NCBI GenBank assembly: GCA_015062445.1
Contig: SUUQ01000002.1
Span: forward strand, 23,051-87,050
Length of the DNA stretch: 64,000 nt
Source of the DNA: Alphaproteobacteria bacterium
GTDB lineage: Bacteria > Pseudomonadota > Alphaproteobacteria > Rs-D84
Reading direction: 5' to 3'
Every line of letters starts with the position of its first letter. The first letter of the stretch is position 1. Below, piece after piece: positions 27,718 through 38,804 of the stretch. Under the pieces are notes generated by a model. It was not told the origin of the DNA, did not search any database, and saw only the letters and a list, made by a program, of their open reading frames with translations. Both the position numbers and the translations under genes were made by a program.

Positions 27718-28339
27718 ATGCCTTTAGATCATTATACATTTGTCGCAAATCTGCGGGTTGGGCATATGTTTCATCCGCTCCTTTGACACGAATTGTTTCC
27801 AGGTCAATTTGTGCCTGTTTTTTCAAGATTTGTGTTAAATGTCCTGCGAATGCACGTGATTCATCAGATTCCATTGCCCCCTGCAGCAACAATCCCCGAT
27901 TTGGTCGTGGCGACAAAAATGAAAAATCTGCCACAGACGCATCAGGTGACACCAGTGCAAATCCAGACACTTCTGGCCGTCGCATCATCGACTGCAACAC
28001 ATACCATGCCCCCAGCTGATTTCCCGCCAACCAAATTTTATCACTATCATCATGCTTATTTTGAATCCAGTCAATAATTGTTGCGATATCCAGCATATTA
28101 TCCGCTGTCGAACCAACAACCCCCTCGGAATTTCCAACCCCACGATAGTTAAATCTGACGACCGAGAACCCTATATCCATAAACGCACGAAACATTGCGT
28201 ACGACACCCGATCGTTCATATGATATTTCTGCCGTGGATTTCCACTCAGCACAACAGCCAACGGGGCCCCTGGCTGGGCAGATTTATGGTACACAGCATG
28301 CAGTTTTCCTGCTTCACCTGTAATAACACAATCAATCAT
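27680..28339 (-). CDS. alpha/beta-fold hydrolase
   Basis: 219 aa; [14 protein letters not shown] and a nucleophile-elbow-like [11 protein letters not shown] segment. Confidence 0.65.
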   Translation of the reverse strand: MIDCVITGEAGKLHAVYHKSAQPGAPLAVVLSGNPRQKYHMNDRVSYAMFRAFMDIGFSVVRFNYRGVGNSEGVVGSTADNMLDIATIIDWIQNKHDDSDKIWLAGNQLGAWYVLQSMMRRPEVSGFALVSPDASVADFSFLSPRPNRGLLLQGAMESDESRAFAGHLTQILKKQAQIDLETIRVKGADETYAQPADLRQMYNDLKAYVGRENEEDKLL

Positions 28340-28419
28340 CTTCCTTCACCTTTTTCTTTAATCTTGATACTAAACGTTAGAACAAAGTCCCCACAATTTT
28401 CAATAAAAATATTTTTGTT

Positions 28420-28449
28420 TTGACACAAATATCAAAAATGTTTTATCAT
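28420..28449 (+). promoter_or_regulatory. putative sigma-70 promoter for the 28482-29402 gene
   Basis: TTGACA (28420-28425), 18-bp spacer, TATCAT (28444-28449). Confidence 0.4.
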
Positions 28450-28481
28450 TCAACTAAACGGACAACCCAAAAGGCATCATT

Positions 28482-29402
28482 ATGTTAAAACCAATATTAC
28501 TGTCTGCATTTGCAATACTGTACGGATTTTCGACCCATGCCGCCGAAGAAGTGGTATATGAAAACTTTCAAACCGTGTACACACAAACACCGGTTCAGTC
28601 ATATTATGCATATCCCGAAGATCCGAATTTTGTTCCAGAAACCGAATTCATGGAACGTGCCGACAGTCTGGACTATGACGACAACATCATTGCGGCCCGT
28701 CAATCCGAAGAAGCGACTCATCCTGGGGTAATGTTTGCGGACAAACCAATGGTAATCTGCCGTAATTTTGGTTGCACTCGTTTGAACGACCGGATAACCC
28801 GTTCATTTTTATTCAACAGCATATCCAACATGTTCATGATGAATGCCCATTCACGTGTTTATATATGCGAAGCGGACCCGTTTTCTCGTGACTGTCTGCA
28901 ATCTGGCATATCATTTCCGGTTCGCAGTGGCATTGCCAATGCCATGGTTAAAATCCCCAAGGCCACCATCTCACAGGTCAGCATGTCCACAGGCCTGTCC
29001 AAAGCAACAGTGAACATGACCTATGAATTTCTGGTCAATGGTATAAATCGTGTATGTGAACCAACAATTATGGACATCATGGTTCCTGTAAATTCCGAAG
29101 CAATCTTGTCAAACCGTGAATTTGCCTGCAACATGACCAGTGACGGCATCAGCAGTGTTTCATTAATCGTCAGCTTGGACTACATTGACCTGGACTATGG
29201 CATTTTGGGCGGATATTATTCTCTGGGCATGCAGGGACCAACCACGGGTGGTGGCACAGGTTACGCACTGTTCAAGACTGAATTTGCAACCAACAATTTA
29301 CAGTTCCGCGCCACATCATACGAAGAAGACATGATTGGGCCAAATAATGCCATGCGAACAATCCAACCTGGCGAATACGCAGTTGAACCATTAAAGAAAT
29401 AA
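28482..29402 (+). CDS. hypothetical Sec-secreted protein (306 aa)
   Basis: Signal peptide MLKPILLSAFAILYGFSTHA; several Cys; no family recognised. Confidence 0.6.
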   Translation: MLKPILLSAFAILYGFSTHAAEEVVYENFQTVYTQTPVQSYYAYPEDPNFVPETEFMERADSLDYDDNIIAARQSEEATHPGVMFADKPMVICRNFGCTRLNDRITRSFLFNSISNMFMMNAHSRVYICEADPFSRDCLQSGISFPVRSGIANAMVKIPKATISQVSMSTGLSKATVNMTYEFLVNGINRVCEPTIMDIMVPVNSEAILSNREFACNMTSDGISSVSLIVSLDYIDLDYGILGGYYSLGMQGPTTGGGTGYALFKTEFATNNLQFRATSYEEDMIGPNNAMRTIQPGEYAVEPLKK

Positions 29403-29421
29403 AAAGATTGTATTATTCTGA

Positions 29422-30069
29422 ATGAATAAGACCATACTGATTATTGATGATGACGACATTTTACGGAAAACATTGGCCCACGCACTGCGGGCCGATGGTT
29501 TTAATGTATTAACTGCCCAATCTGCCGAAGACGGCGCAGACGTTCTTTCGCGCATATTTGTCGATGCAATTATCCTGGACAGGATGATGACTGGCACTGA
29601 CGGCCTGACATTTTTACAAACTTTGCGCAAATCCGGGAATCAAACCCCTGTGATAATGTTGACTGCAATGGGCGGGGCCGAAAACAGCATTGACGGTCTG
29701 TCCAGTGGCGCAAACGATTATTTGGCCAAGCCATTTCAAATCCGTGAATTAATACTGCGCCTGAACAATGTATTACAACGCAGTCCGCACACACAAATAC
29801 AAACACCAACCGGCCTGTTATACACGGACAATGAATTTTTCATATCATCCCCTGATGCCGCCGGTCCACGAATACTGGCATTATCTGGCGAAGAAAAGAA
29901 ATTATTGCAAAATTTAATTACTCCGACTGGCAATATTGTCCCTGCGGCCCCCATGGTTGCAAAACGCTTGCGAAGTAAATTAAATTTAGTATTATCACAC
30001 CTAGACATAATAACAATTCGGGGTCGTGGATACAAATTGGTTGATACATCCACCGCACCGACAACATAG
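29422..30069 (+). CDS. OmpR-family two-component response regulator
   Basis: Receiver domain (IIDDDD ... D52-like ILDRMMTG ... KPF); C-terminal winged-helix region with RGRGYKL. Confidence 0.85.
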   Translation: MNKTILIIDDDDILRKTLAHALRADGFNVLTAQSAEDGADVLSRIFVDAIILDRMMTGTDGLTFLQTLRKSGNQTPVIMLTAMGGAENSIDGLSSGANDYLAKPFQIRELILRLNNVLQRSPHTQIQTPTGLLYTDNEFFISSPDAAGPRILALSGEEKKLLQNLITPTGNIVPAAPMVAKRLRSKLNLVLSHLDIITIRGRGYKLVDTSTAPTT

Positions 30070-30084
30070 ACAGGACCACAAGAC

Positions 30085-31365
30085 ATGAGATTGACACCAC
30101 GCAGTTTTTTATGGCGTACCATATTAATGATATTGTTGCCACTGGTTATCGCCCAGGTAATCGTTGCCAACGCATTTTTTGGCAATCACTGGTCACGTGT
30201 CCACGACACACTGGCCCGGACATTGGCGGGCGAAATCGCAACCATGACAAACTTTATTGACGAAGGCAACACAGATGCTGTTGAAAAAATGGCACGTGAC
30301 ATTGGCATTAACGTCAGCATAAACGACACATTAAATCGCCCAAAAAACAATGATAATCGTGCCCACGAAACGGGTCGCCTGGCATCCGAATTATCCAAGC
30401 GGCTTCAACGTCCTGCCCAGATTTACATGGATCGTGGCAAACGTCTGGTATTCATTGACGTACCAACCCGCGACAACCAAATTGCGACATTTGGTACATC
30501 ATTGTATCGCATATATTCCACCAGCACCGAAGTATTTATAATATGGTTAATTGGCTCTATATTAATTGTATCCATTTTGGTTACACCATTTATCATCATG
30601 CACACCCGCAGCATTCGTCGCATTGCCCATGCGGCCAGTCGTTTTGGTCGTGGTCTGGACGCACCTGGATTTGTTCCAACCGGTTCAAAAGAAATTCGCG
30701 AAGCCGCCACATCCATGATAACGATGAAGGAACGTCTGGACAGATACAATCGCACTCGCACAGACATGCTAAATGCTGTCAGTCACGATTTGAAATCACC
30801 ATTAACACGCATGCGTTTGGCGATTGAAACCAACACCGCCAATAACGCAGATCTGATACGTGACATTGATCGTATGACAGAAATGGTAAATGGCTACCTG
30901 GCATTTGCCCGTGGCGAAACACCTGAAATCGAACAGGCAACCGAACTGCCCCCGATGTTAATTCGCATTGCCCGTGATGCGGCCCCGGACAAGAATATCA
31001 TCACCCACTTTCCGGACACACCGGTTCAGTTTTATGCCCGTCCAATGGCACTGGCACGTGCATTCAGCAACATAATCGAGAATGCCGCCCGTTACGCAAT
31101 CAAGACAATCAGAATTACCGAACGTGACAGTGACGACATGGTTGAAATCACAATCGAAGACGACGGTCCTGGCATTCCCGACGGTCGCAAGAAAGATGCC
31201 TTGCGTCCATTTGTCCGTCTGGACGATGCCCGTGGCACCGACACTGGCGGCACAGGTCTGGGGCTGTCCATTGCCCAAACAGTCATTGAAAACCACGGTG
31301 GTCAACTGTTCTTGACCGACAGTGAATTGGGTGGTCTGTGCGTTAAAATCGTATTACCAATTTAA
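30085..31365 (+). CDS. EnvZ-like sensor histidine kinase
   Basis: Two transmembrane segments; H-box MLNAVSHDLKSPLTRMRL; N, G1 and G2 boxes (NIIENAARYA, DDGPGIP, GTGLGLSI). Confidence 0.88.
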   Translation: MRLTPRSFLWRTILMILLPLVIAQVIVANAFFGNHWSRVHDTLARTLAGEIATMTNFIDEGNTDAVEKMARDIGINVSINDTLNRPKNNDNRAHETGRLASELSKRLQRPAQIYMDRGKRLVFIDVPTRDNQIATFGTSLYRIYSTSTEVFIIWLIGSILIVSILVTPFIIMHTRSIRRIAHAASRFGRGLDAPGFVPTGSKEIREAATSMITMKERLDRYNRTRTDMLNAVSHDLKSPLTRMRLAIETNTANNADLIRDIDRMTEMVNGYLAFARGETPEIEQATELPPMLIRIARDAAPDKNIITHFPDTPVQFYARPMALARAFSNIIENAARYAIKTIRITERDSDDMVEITIEDDGPGIPDGRKKDALRPFVRLDDARGTDTGGTGLGLSIAQTVIENHGGQLFLTDSELGGLCVKIVLPI

Positions 31366-31404
31366 TTTTATTCTCAGAAAATTCAAACCAAGGGTTATTA
31401 TAAA

Positions 31405-33066
31405 ATGAATTTATATAAATATGTATCAGATGCAATAAATGCGACATTGGGAACCCCAGTAAATCTAGAAGTTCCCCGCAATCGTGATTTTGGCGACTTT
31501 TCAACAAACGCAGCCATGGTTATGGCAAAATCAGCAGGGAAAAGCCCCCGTGAACTGGCATCCGAGATTGCAACCAAACTGGCAAATTTGCCATTCGTTG
31601 CCGATACATCCATTGCCGGCCCTGGCTTTATCAACATAAAATTGAAGGACGATTTTCTGATAGCACCTGAAAAATATAACATAGTGACGCCAAAGTCAGA
31701 GTCATTTGTTGTCGACTTAGACTATGGCAGCTATAATATTGGCAAGGCCTTGCATATTGGGCATTTGCGTACAACAGTTGTTGGCGACACTTTCAACCGT
31801 ATTGCACGTGCATTAGGACACAAAACAAAATCTTACAATCACATGGGCGACTGGGGACGTCCAATGGGATTGATTATTGCGTGGATTCTGGAATACGGCA
31901 TGCCGAAAAATGCAGATGACATCAATGTTATATATCCTGCATCGTCTGCTCGTGCTAAAGAAGATAAAGCATGGCTGGAACGGGCACAAAAAATTACTGT
32001 TGATTTGCAAAATGGCAATCCAGAATATTTAAAGATATACAACGAATTCGCACCGATGTCATTGGCACAAATTTCAGACATTTTGGTACGTCTCAATATC
32101 TTGCCGTTTGATGAAAACAAAGGGGAACGTTTGGTTGCAGAATATGTGCCTGCGGTTCAAAAGATTTTAGAAGAAAAACAGTTATTGGTTAGCGATGCTG
32201 GGGCTGTAATTATTCCTGTAAAGCAGGAAACAGATACAGCACCGATGCCACCAGTTTTGTGGCGGTCCAGCACGGGGGCACAAACATACGCAGCGGCGGA
32301 TTTGGCGGCAATTTATTATCGCACAACAACCGACAAACCAAATGATATTATTTATTTCACAGATAATCGTCAGAATTTACATTTTACCCAGGTATTCCGT
32401 GCAGCAAAGATGGCAGGAATGGATTCTGCAAACCTGCAACATATTGGTTTTGGTACAATAACTGGGGCAGATGGTAAGCCGTTCAAAACACGTGATGGCG
32501 ATGTGCCAAGTCTGCATCAAATGGTTGATATGGTTGCAGATTCTGTACGGGCACGTGCGACCGAATCTGGCAAAGAATTGTCTGATAAAACCATTGAAAT
32601 AATTGCTTTGGCGGCATTAAAGTTTAATGATTTAATGCATGATGTTAAATCGGACTATGTTTTTGATGTGGATTCTGTAACACAATTCGAAGGTCGAACA
32701 GGGCCATATATCTTGTATACAGCGGTGCGATTAAATGCTGTTGTGAAAAAAGCAAAGGACATGCATGTCTTGGCCAACACAGACATTAAAACATTGCAAT
32801 CCGAAGAACGTAATTTATTATTACGTGCAATGGATTTTGAACGTGTTTTAGAAAATGCATTCGCACAACGTGCAACCGACATGATTGCGAACTATACATA
32901 CGATTTATGCCAATTAATAAACACATTTTATCACAACTGTCCGATATTACGTGATGACGTTCCAGAAAACGTACGGGCAGGGCGTCTGCATATTGTTCAG
33001 ATTGCACGTGCGACACTGTTGATGGCCATCGACCTGATGGGACTGATAGTGCCAGACGAAATGTGA
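31405..33066 (+). CDS. argS: arginine--tRNA ligase
   Basis: 553 aa; ArgS N-terminal add-on domain, HIGH motif (ALHIGHLRT) and the characteristic C-terminal anticodon-binding domain ending ...VPDEM. Confidence 0.92.
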   Translation: MNLYKYVSDAINATLGTPVNLEVPRNRDFGDFSTNAAMVMAKSAGKSPRELASEIATKLANLPFVADTSIAGPGFINIKLKDDFLIAPEKYNIVTPKSESFVVDLDYGSYNIGKALHIGHLRTTVVGDTFNRIARALGHKTKSYNHMGDWGRPMGLIIAWILEYGMPKNADDINVIYPASSARAKEDKAWLERAQKITVDLQNGNPEYLKIYNEFAPMSLAQISDILVRLNILPFDENKGERLVAEYVPAVQKILEEKQLLVSDAGAVIIPVKQETDTAPMPPVLWRSSTGAQTYAAADLAAIYYRTTTDKPNDIIYFTDNRQNLHFTQVFRAAKMAGMDSANLQHIGFGTITGADGKPFKTRDGDVPSLHQMVDMVADSVRARATESGKELSDKTIEIIALAALKFNDLMHDVKSDYVFDVDSVTQFEGRTGPYILYTAVRLNAVVKKAKDMHVLANTDIKTLQSEERNLLLRAMDFERVLENAFAQRATDMIANYTYDLCQLINTFYHNCPILRDDVPENVRAGRLHIVQIARATLLMAIDLMGLIVPDEM

Positions 33067-33165
33067 TGCGGTACAATAATACCGTACTGATTTTTCTTGA
33101 CATTTCTGCGGGGTTATTGCATAATAGCCCCGCTTTAATTTAAAAACTTAAAAAGGTAAAACAAA

Positions 33166-33639
33166 ATGGCAGCGACAAAATCGTTAAAAAAGTGTGAATT
33201 GGATGCCAAATGGTATCTGATTGACGCAACTGATTGTACACTGGGACGTTTGGCGGCATACACTGCAAACATCCTGCGTGGCAAGCACAAGCCAACATGG
33301 ACACCAAACATGGACTGTGGTGACCACGTTGTAATCATCAACGCAGACAAAGTTGCGTTATCTGGTCACAAGGCAGACAAAGATCGTTTCTTCTGGCACA
33401 GCTTGTGGACAGGTTCATTGAAATCACGCACACTGGGTCAGATGCGTTCTGAAAAGCCAGAAAAACTGGTATTCAACGCAGTAAAACGCATGATGGGCCG
33501 CCGCACAGCAGTTGCATTGGCAAATCAACGTTTAACAAAATTACATGTTTATGCCGGCAGCGAACACAAACACCAGGCACAAAATCCTGTTGTTATTGAT
33601 TTTGCTGGCTTGAACCGCAAAAACAAAAGGGGCGAATAA
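33166..33639 (+). CDS. rplM: 50S ribosomal protein L13
   Basis: 157 aa; ...[32 protein letters not shown]... is classic L13. Confidence 0.95.
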   Translation: MAATKSLKKCELDAKWYLIDATDCTLGRLAAYTANILRGKHKPTWTPNMDCGDHVVIINADKVALSGHKADKDRFFWHSLWTGSLKSRTLGQMRSEKPEKLVFNAVKRMMGRRTAVALANQRLTKLHVYAGSEHKHQAQNPVVIDFAGLNRKNKRGE

Positions 33640-34130
33640 TGGCAGAAGCAAAGAAAACAGCAGCAAAGACAGTTAAAAAGGCTGCCCCTGCAAAGAAAAC
33701 AACCACTGCAAAAAAATCCGCACCGGTTGTTGCACCAAAATTGAATGACACAACATATGCAACTGGCAAACGCAAAGATTCCGTTGCCCGTGTATATTTG
33801 ATGCCTGGCAAAGGCAACATCATCGTTAACGGCAAACCATCTGCTGAATACTTCCGCCGTGCAGTATTGCAGATGATTATCGCCCAACCATTTGGCATTA
33901 CAAATCGTGAAACATCATATGACATTGTTGCCATGGTCGAAGGTGGCGGTTTATCTGGTCAGGCAGGTGCCGTAAAACACGGTATTTCCAAGGCATTGGA
34001 AAAAATCGAACCAGAATTACGTGCTGCATTAAAGTCTGCGGGCTTCTTGACACGCGACAGTCGTGTTGTTGAACGTAAACACTACGGTTTTCGCAAGGCA
34101 CGCCGTTCTACACAGTTCAGCAAACGTTAA
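33639..34130 (+). CDS. rpsI: 30S ribosomal protein S9
   Basis: C-terminus ...[18 protein letters not shown] is the S9 signature; the start overlaps the rplM stop (TAATG). Confidence 0.95.
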   Translation: MAEAKKTAAKTVKKAAPAKKTTTAKKSAPVVAPKLNDTTYATGKRKDSVARVYLMPGKGNIIVNGKPSAEYFRRAVLQMIIAQPFGITNRETSYDIVAMVEGGGLSGQAGAVKHGISKALEKIEPELRAALKSAGFLTRDSRVVERKHYGFRKARRSTQFSKR

Positions 34131-34251
34131 TTTATATACGTTCAGAACAAAAACAAAAAATCCCGTCATTCGGGATTTTTTTATTATTGCTTTCATTGAA
34201 AAACATTGTATAATCACACGGCAATCTAAAGTTAAGATTTAGGGGAAACAC

Positions 34252-35559
34252 ATGTTTACAAAAGAAAAAATCAAAGATTTACACTATTCTATTAACGGCA
34301 CAATTCCTGCCGATAAAATTCAGGCCACAGCCGATGAAATTCTGCTGGAATACGGCAAAAAGGTTAAAATGCCGGGCTTTCGCCAGGGCAAAGTGCCATT
34401 AAACATCCTGCGTCAGAAATACAATGCATCTGCATACGGCGAAGCGATTGATAAATTAATGAACACAGATCTGAACGAATACACCGCCGACAAAAAAATT
34501 CGTCTGGCCGGTGCGCCACAGGCAGATTTGTCCAAATGGGAAATCGGTCATGATGCAGAATATACACTGGAATTTGACATTTTGCCAACACTGCCAGAAA
34601 TCGATTTAGGAAAATTCACAATTACAAAAAAAGTCGCTGATTTAGACGAAGCAGAGGTTGACACAGCCCTGGAAAACATCCGCAAATCACGCAGTATCGC
34701 AGAAAAACAAGACGAAAATTATACTGCCGTCAACGGTGACGTTGCTGTGATTGATTTTACGGGCTTTTTGGGCGACACAGAGTTCGAAGGTGGCGCAGCG
34801 AAAAAACATCATCTGATTTTAGGTTCTGGCTCTTTCATTCCTGGGTTCGAGGATCAAATTATCGGCCACAAAATTGGCGACAAATTTGACGTGAATGTAA
34901 AATTCCCATCTGACTATCATGCCGCCAACCTGGCAGGTCAGGATGCGCGCTTTGCGGTTGAGATTCACGAAATTCGCAAACACATTTTGCCAGAATTAAA
35001 CGATGAACTCGCAAAACAAGTGGGTCAAGAATCTGTTGACGCACTGAAACATCACATTCGCAATATTTTAACAGAACAATACAATGACGCATCTCAACGT
35101 GAAATGCGCAACGAATTGTTAGACATCTTGGCCGACAAAGTAAAACTGGATTTACCAGGAACATTGGTTGAACAAGAATACAACATGGCAAAATCCGAAT
35201 TCGACCGTGGACACAGCCATTGTCATGACGAAAAATGCGATCACAAATGGGATGAAAAAACCGAACGTCGTGATGCAGAACGTCGTGTAAAACTGGGGTT
35301 AATCCTGGCAGAGTGGGGCACCCAAAACCAGGTCGAAGTTTCCCGCGATGACTTGCAACAGGCAATTTGGGCCGAAGCTGCACGTTACCCAGATCCAAAA
35401 CAGGTATTTGAATTCTATAACAAGAATCAAAATGCCCTGGCAATGTTGCGTGGCATGTTATTCGAACGCAAAGCCCTGGATGCCATGTTAACACATGTCA
35501 AGACCAAAGAAAAAAAGGTCGCTGCAGACGAGCTGTTCAAACAAGCATCTGTACGTTAA
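34252..35559 (+). CDS. tig: trigger factor
   Basis: 435 aa; N-terminal ribosome-binding GFRQGKVP motif, central FKBP-like PPIase domain (GDVAVIDFTGF..GSGSFIPGFEDQIIGHKIGD). Confidence 0.92.
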   Translation: MFTKEKIKDLHYSINGTIPADKIQATADEILLEYGKKVKMPGFRQGKVPLNILRQKYNASAYGEAIDKLMNTDLNEYTADKKIRLAGAPQADLSKWEIGHDAEYTLEFDILPTLPEIDLGKFTITKKVADLDEAEVDTALENIRKSRSIAEKQDENYTAVNGDVAVIDFTGFLGDTEFEGGAAKKHHLILGSGSFIPGFEDQIIGHKIGDKFDVNVKFPSDYHAANLAGQDARFAVEIHEIRKHILPELNDELAKQVGQESVDALKHHIRNILTEQYNDASQREMRNELLDILADKVKLDLPGTLVEQEYNMAKSEFDRGHSHCHDEKCDHKWDEKTERRDAERRVKLGLILAEWGTQNQVEVSRDDLQQAIWAEAARYPDPKQVFEFYNKNQNALAMLRGMLFERKALDAMLTHVKTKEKKVAADELFKQASVR

Positions 35560-35618
35560 CAAAATTAAGAACGCATCGACCTGGTGCGTTCTTTTTTCTA
35601 AAACACGGATTTAACACA

Positions 35619-36560
35619 ATGAAAGCATATTTGGATATCTTAGATAACATTTTCAGAAAATGTGGCGATATTCGTCACAACCGCACAGGCATCCCTGACA
35701 TTGGTCTGGGACATGGCGCAACATTTGAACACGATATGGAAATGGGATTCCCACTGATTACGACCAAGAAAATGGGACTGAAAAACATTGCCACCGAACT
35801 GGAATTCTTTTTACACGGAATCACCGACAAGAAATGGCTGCAAGACAGAAAATGTAACATATGGAATGAATGGGCAAATCCAGTCAAGGTACAACAATTG
35901 TATAATATGTATCTGCCAACTGCATCCGACACAACAGGATTATTGCACAAAATCATGGATAACGAACGTGACCTGGGGCCAATTTACGGATTCCAATGGC
36001 GACACTTTGGTGGCGAATACCAATGGAACCCCGAACGCATTAAAAAAGATCCAACTGATAACTTTAATCCACAAAAACCTGGCATTGACCAGGTTGCCAA
36101 TGCCATTGACAAATTAAAGCACAACCCGAGCGACCGCCGCATTATTGTATCTGCATGGAATCCGACTGATTTTCCATACATGGCGCTGCCGCCGTGCCAC
36201 ATGATGCACCAGTTAATTGTTCGCAACGGCAAACTGAACCTGATATGGACCCAACGTTCCTGTGACATGTTCCTGGGGATTCCATACAACATTGCCAGTT
36301 ATGCATTATTACTGTTACTGTACGCCAAAGAAGCAGGGCTGAAACCAGGAATTCTAAAAGGCGAACTACACGATGCCCACATTTACACAAATCACCTGTC
36401 CCAGGTTGCATTACAGTTACAACGCAAGCCATTACCATTACCGACCGTTGAAATCCCAGATAAAAACTGGAACGGCATGTTAAATTGGCATGCAAACGAC
36501 GGATTCAAATTACACAACTACGTATGTCACGATCGTCTGCGTGGCGAAGTCGCCCGATAA
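35619..36560 (+). CDS. thyA: thymidylate synthase (ThyA type)
   Basis: 313 aa; R-HFGGEYQW, ...SAWNP...MALPPCHMMHQLIV (active-site Cys), ...DAHIYTNH... Confidence 0.92.
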   Translation: MKAYLDILDNIFRKCGDIRHNRTGIPDIGLGHGATFEHDMEMGFPLITTKKMGLKNIATELEFFLHGITDKKWLQDRKCNIWNEWANPVKVQQLYNMYLPTASDTTGLLHKIMDNERDLGPIYGFQWRHFGGEYQWNPERIKKDPTDNFNPQKPGIDQVANAIDKLKHNPSDRRIIVSAWNPTDFPYMALPPCHMMHQLIVRNGKLNLIWTQRSCDMFLGIPYNIASYALLLLLYAKEAGLKPGILKGELHDAHIYTNHLSQVALQLQRKPLPLPTVEIPDKNWNGMLNWHANDGFKLHNYVCHDRLRGEVAR

Positions 36561-36565
36561 AAGAA

Positions 36566-36590
36566 CCGCCACAAATGGCGGTTTTTTTAC
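36566..36590. terminator. bidirectional terminator between thyA and the convergent minus-strand gene
   Basis: Hairpin ccgccacaaatggcgg followed by T8. Confidence 0.6.
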
Positions 36591-36603
36591 TACTTTTTTT
36601 CCA

Positions 36604-38784
36604 TTAAAACATCGGTGGAAAACATTCACCTGTCTCTTCGGCACAGCATGCATATTCGCCGCCACCAACATCTGTTAAATATTCTCCCGCACAGCACCCA
36701 TCTGCATCTGGTGCATTACCATCGGCACAGTTTTCTACAACTTCTTCTGACACAAAATCTTCGGCATAAATTTCTGGTTCAGAAACATTTTCCACCACCG
36801 GTTCTGCAAATTCAACCACCGGCAGTTTTGCAGACACTGCTTCCTCAGACACAATCTCATCATCTGTATCCGATTCAAACTCCGCATCTGCCACAAACAT
36901 CTTTTCATTTTGCGACACATTATATGCTGGTTTAGCAGCCAATATTTCTGCCTCGCTTGGTATTTTTTTAACTGGCTCTGGCACAACTTCTTCTGCGACT
37001 TCTACCACATCCACCAAAACGGGTGTTGGTTCTGGTGTAACCTCGACCGGCAAAGGTTTAACATCTGCAACTGGTTGCACCGGTTCAGCCGGTGTTGCCA
37101 CCACAGTTTCTGGCACAACATCCTCTACCACAACCGCCACAGATTCAACAGCAACCGGTTGTTCTGGTTCATCATCAAGTTCCACTTCCTCTGGCACTGC
37201 GTCTTTCTTATCCTCAACAGTCGCAACCTCTACAACCTCTGCAACCTCTGTAACTGCCGGATTCTTTTCTGCCAACTCTGGCATCGAGTCATTTGTCATT
37301 TTTTGCTGATACACCCACAGTGTAAACACCGACAGCACAATCAGCAAAATCAGCATTACATAATACAACATTGTTGGCTTCTTGCGAATACCATTAACAT
37401 CTTCGACTGGTGCGACACCTGTTATTGGCGACACAGGCCTAAACTCTGAACTGATTGGCGCAGGCGCAATTTCTGGCATTGATGCCACCTGTGGTCCAGG
37501 TTCCACAACAGGTTCTGACGACAAGCTGGGCACAATCGGCGCAGGGGATTCATATGATTGCTCTGACAAGACTGGCACATCCGGTTGCTGCGACAATGTC
37601 GACAACAGTTCAGAATCAATCTGTTCAGACGGCTGCTCGACAGATCTCAAATTATCCAGCACAGAATCATTAACTGGCTGAATATAATCATCTGCACCAT
37701 CATTTGGCTCTGCCATTTCTGCTACTGCAAAATCATCCGTTACGGGCGACACAAATCTCAGCGGCTCTACCGTCTGTGATTGTTCTGCCACCTGGTTGTT
37801 TGCCACCGGTGCCACAGGCACATCAAAATCAATTGGTTTGAACGCAATTTCATCATCCAAAATATTTGGATTTTTATCAAACAGTGGTTTTACTTCATCA
37901 TCTGCCATTTCAATTGCCTTTGTTTCTGTGCTTATTTCATCATTTTTTACATTCATTGGGACCGGCGCAGGTTCAACCACCGCCACATCACCATGGACAG
38001 TTTGGGCCGGCATCACATCATATTTCGGTGCAACAATTGGCAAATCCGCATTTTCATCTGCCCCAGCATCCCCAGCACCTCTTTCATCCAGCAATCGCAA
38101 AACATAGATTGCCTGTTCTTTATCATCTTCTGCGGCGCTTAATCTAACCTTGGCATTATCCAGTCTTTTATTTGCCCGCCCCAGTTTATCTGTCACCGTA
38201 TCAATTTGCGATTCGACTTTCAGTATCTTAGCAGCCGACTGTTTTGTTGGTTCTTTACCGACATTTCGACGATAATCTGCCAGTTTGACCCGCAGTTTTT
38301 TTAACTTTTCTTGTAATTCTGCGATTGTTTCTGTTGTTTTTTCGATTGTCTCGCGTGATTTTTCTGCGGTTATTTCTGCATCCGCCAGTCTTTCATATGC
38401 CGCCCGTCGATTTGCGCCCAGCAAGAATCGACCAATTTTGTTTAACACCTCATCGTCAATTGCCGCCATTTTATTTGCCGCAATCAGTGCATCATATTCT
38501 GCCAGTCCTGTATACTCGATATCCAGTTTTTGATATTTATTATCCTTTTTAGGGCGCACAGTTTCCAAATCCACCCCATAATCATTGGCCAAGATATCGT
38601 CCCACTTTCTACTGCCGATTGGGTTTATTATCAACATTGCATTCGGTTTAACATCATTGATTGTTGTGTCCAGCACGAACACCAACTTATCATCTGCATC
38701 GAAATAGGCACGAAATGTAAGTCCTGCGATATTAAAATCTGCACGTGTCAGTGTTTGATAAAGATTTTCTCTCTCGTTTGGCAT
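36604..38784 (-). CDS. large (726 aa) repetitive acidic protein: N-terminal globular and coiled-coil region, one central transmembrane helix, Pro/Glu/Val-rich repeats, C-terminal Cys cluster
   Basis: Coiled-coil ...TIEKTTETIAELQEKLKKLRVKLADYRR...; TM LYYVMLILLIVLSVFTLWVY; PEV-rich low complexity (VVPEPV, PEPTPVLVDVVEV...); tail ...GCCAGEYLTDVGGGEYACCAEETGEC. Confidence 0.65.
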   Translation of the reverse strand: MPNERENLYQTLTRADFNIAGLTFRAYFDADDKLVFVLDTTINDVKPNAMLIINPIGSRKWDDILANDYGVDLETVRPKKDNKYQKLDIEYTGLAEYDALIAANKMAAIDDEVLNKIGRFLLGANRRAAYERLADAEITAEKSRETIEKTTETIAELQEKLKKLRVKLADYRRNVGKEPTKQSAAKILKVESQIDTVTDKLGRANKRLDNAKVRLSAAEDDKEQAIYVLRLLDERGAGDAGADENADLPIVAPKYDVMPAQTVHGDVAVVEPAPVPMNVKNDEISTETKAIEMADDEVKPLFDKNPNILDDEIAFKPIDFDVPVAPVANNQVAEQSQTVEPLRFVSPVTDDFAVAEMAEPNDGADDYIQPVNDSVLDNLRSVEQPSEQIDSELLSTLSQQPDVPVLSEQSYESPAPIVPSLSSEPVVEPGPQVASMPEIAPAPISSEFRPVSPITGVAPVEDVNGIRKKPTMLYYVMLILLIVLSVFTLWVYQQKMTNDSMPELAEKNPAVTEVAEVVEVATVEDKKDAVPEEVELDDEPEQPVAVESVAVVVEDVVPETVVATPAEPVQPVADVKPLPVEVTPEPTPVLVDVVEVAEEVVPEPVKKIPSEAEILAAKPAYNVSQNEKMFVADAEFESDTDDEIVSEEAVSAKLPVVEFAEPVVENVSEPEIYAEDFVSEEVVENCADGNAPDADGCCAGEYLTDVGGGEYACCAEETGECFPPMF

Positions 38785-38804
38785 TTATTTTATTCCCCGT
38801 TTAA

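Noticed and set aside
37796-38147. Plus-strand ORFs (93-120 aa) opposite the PEV-rich gene 36604-38784
   Set aside because: Cys/His/Phe-rich low-complexity translations generated by the repetitive antisense sequence, with no ribosome-binding site or plausible start context.
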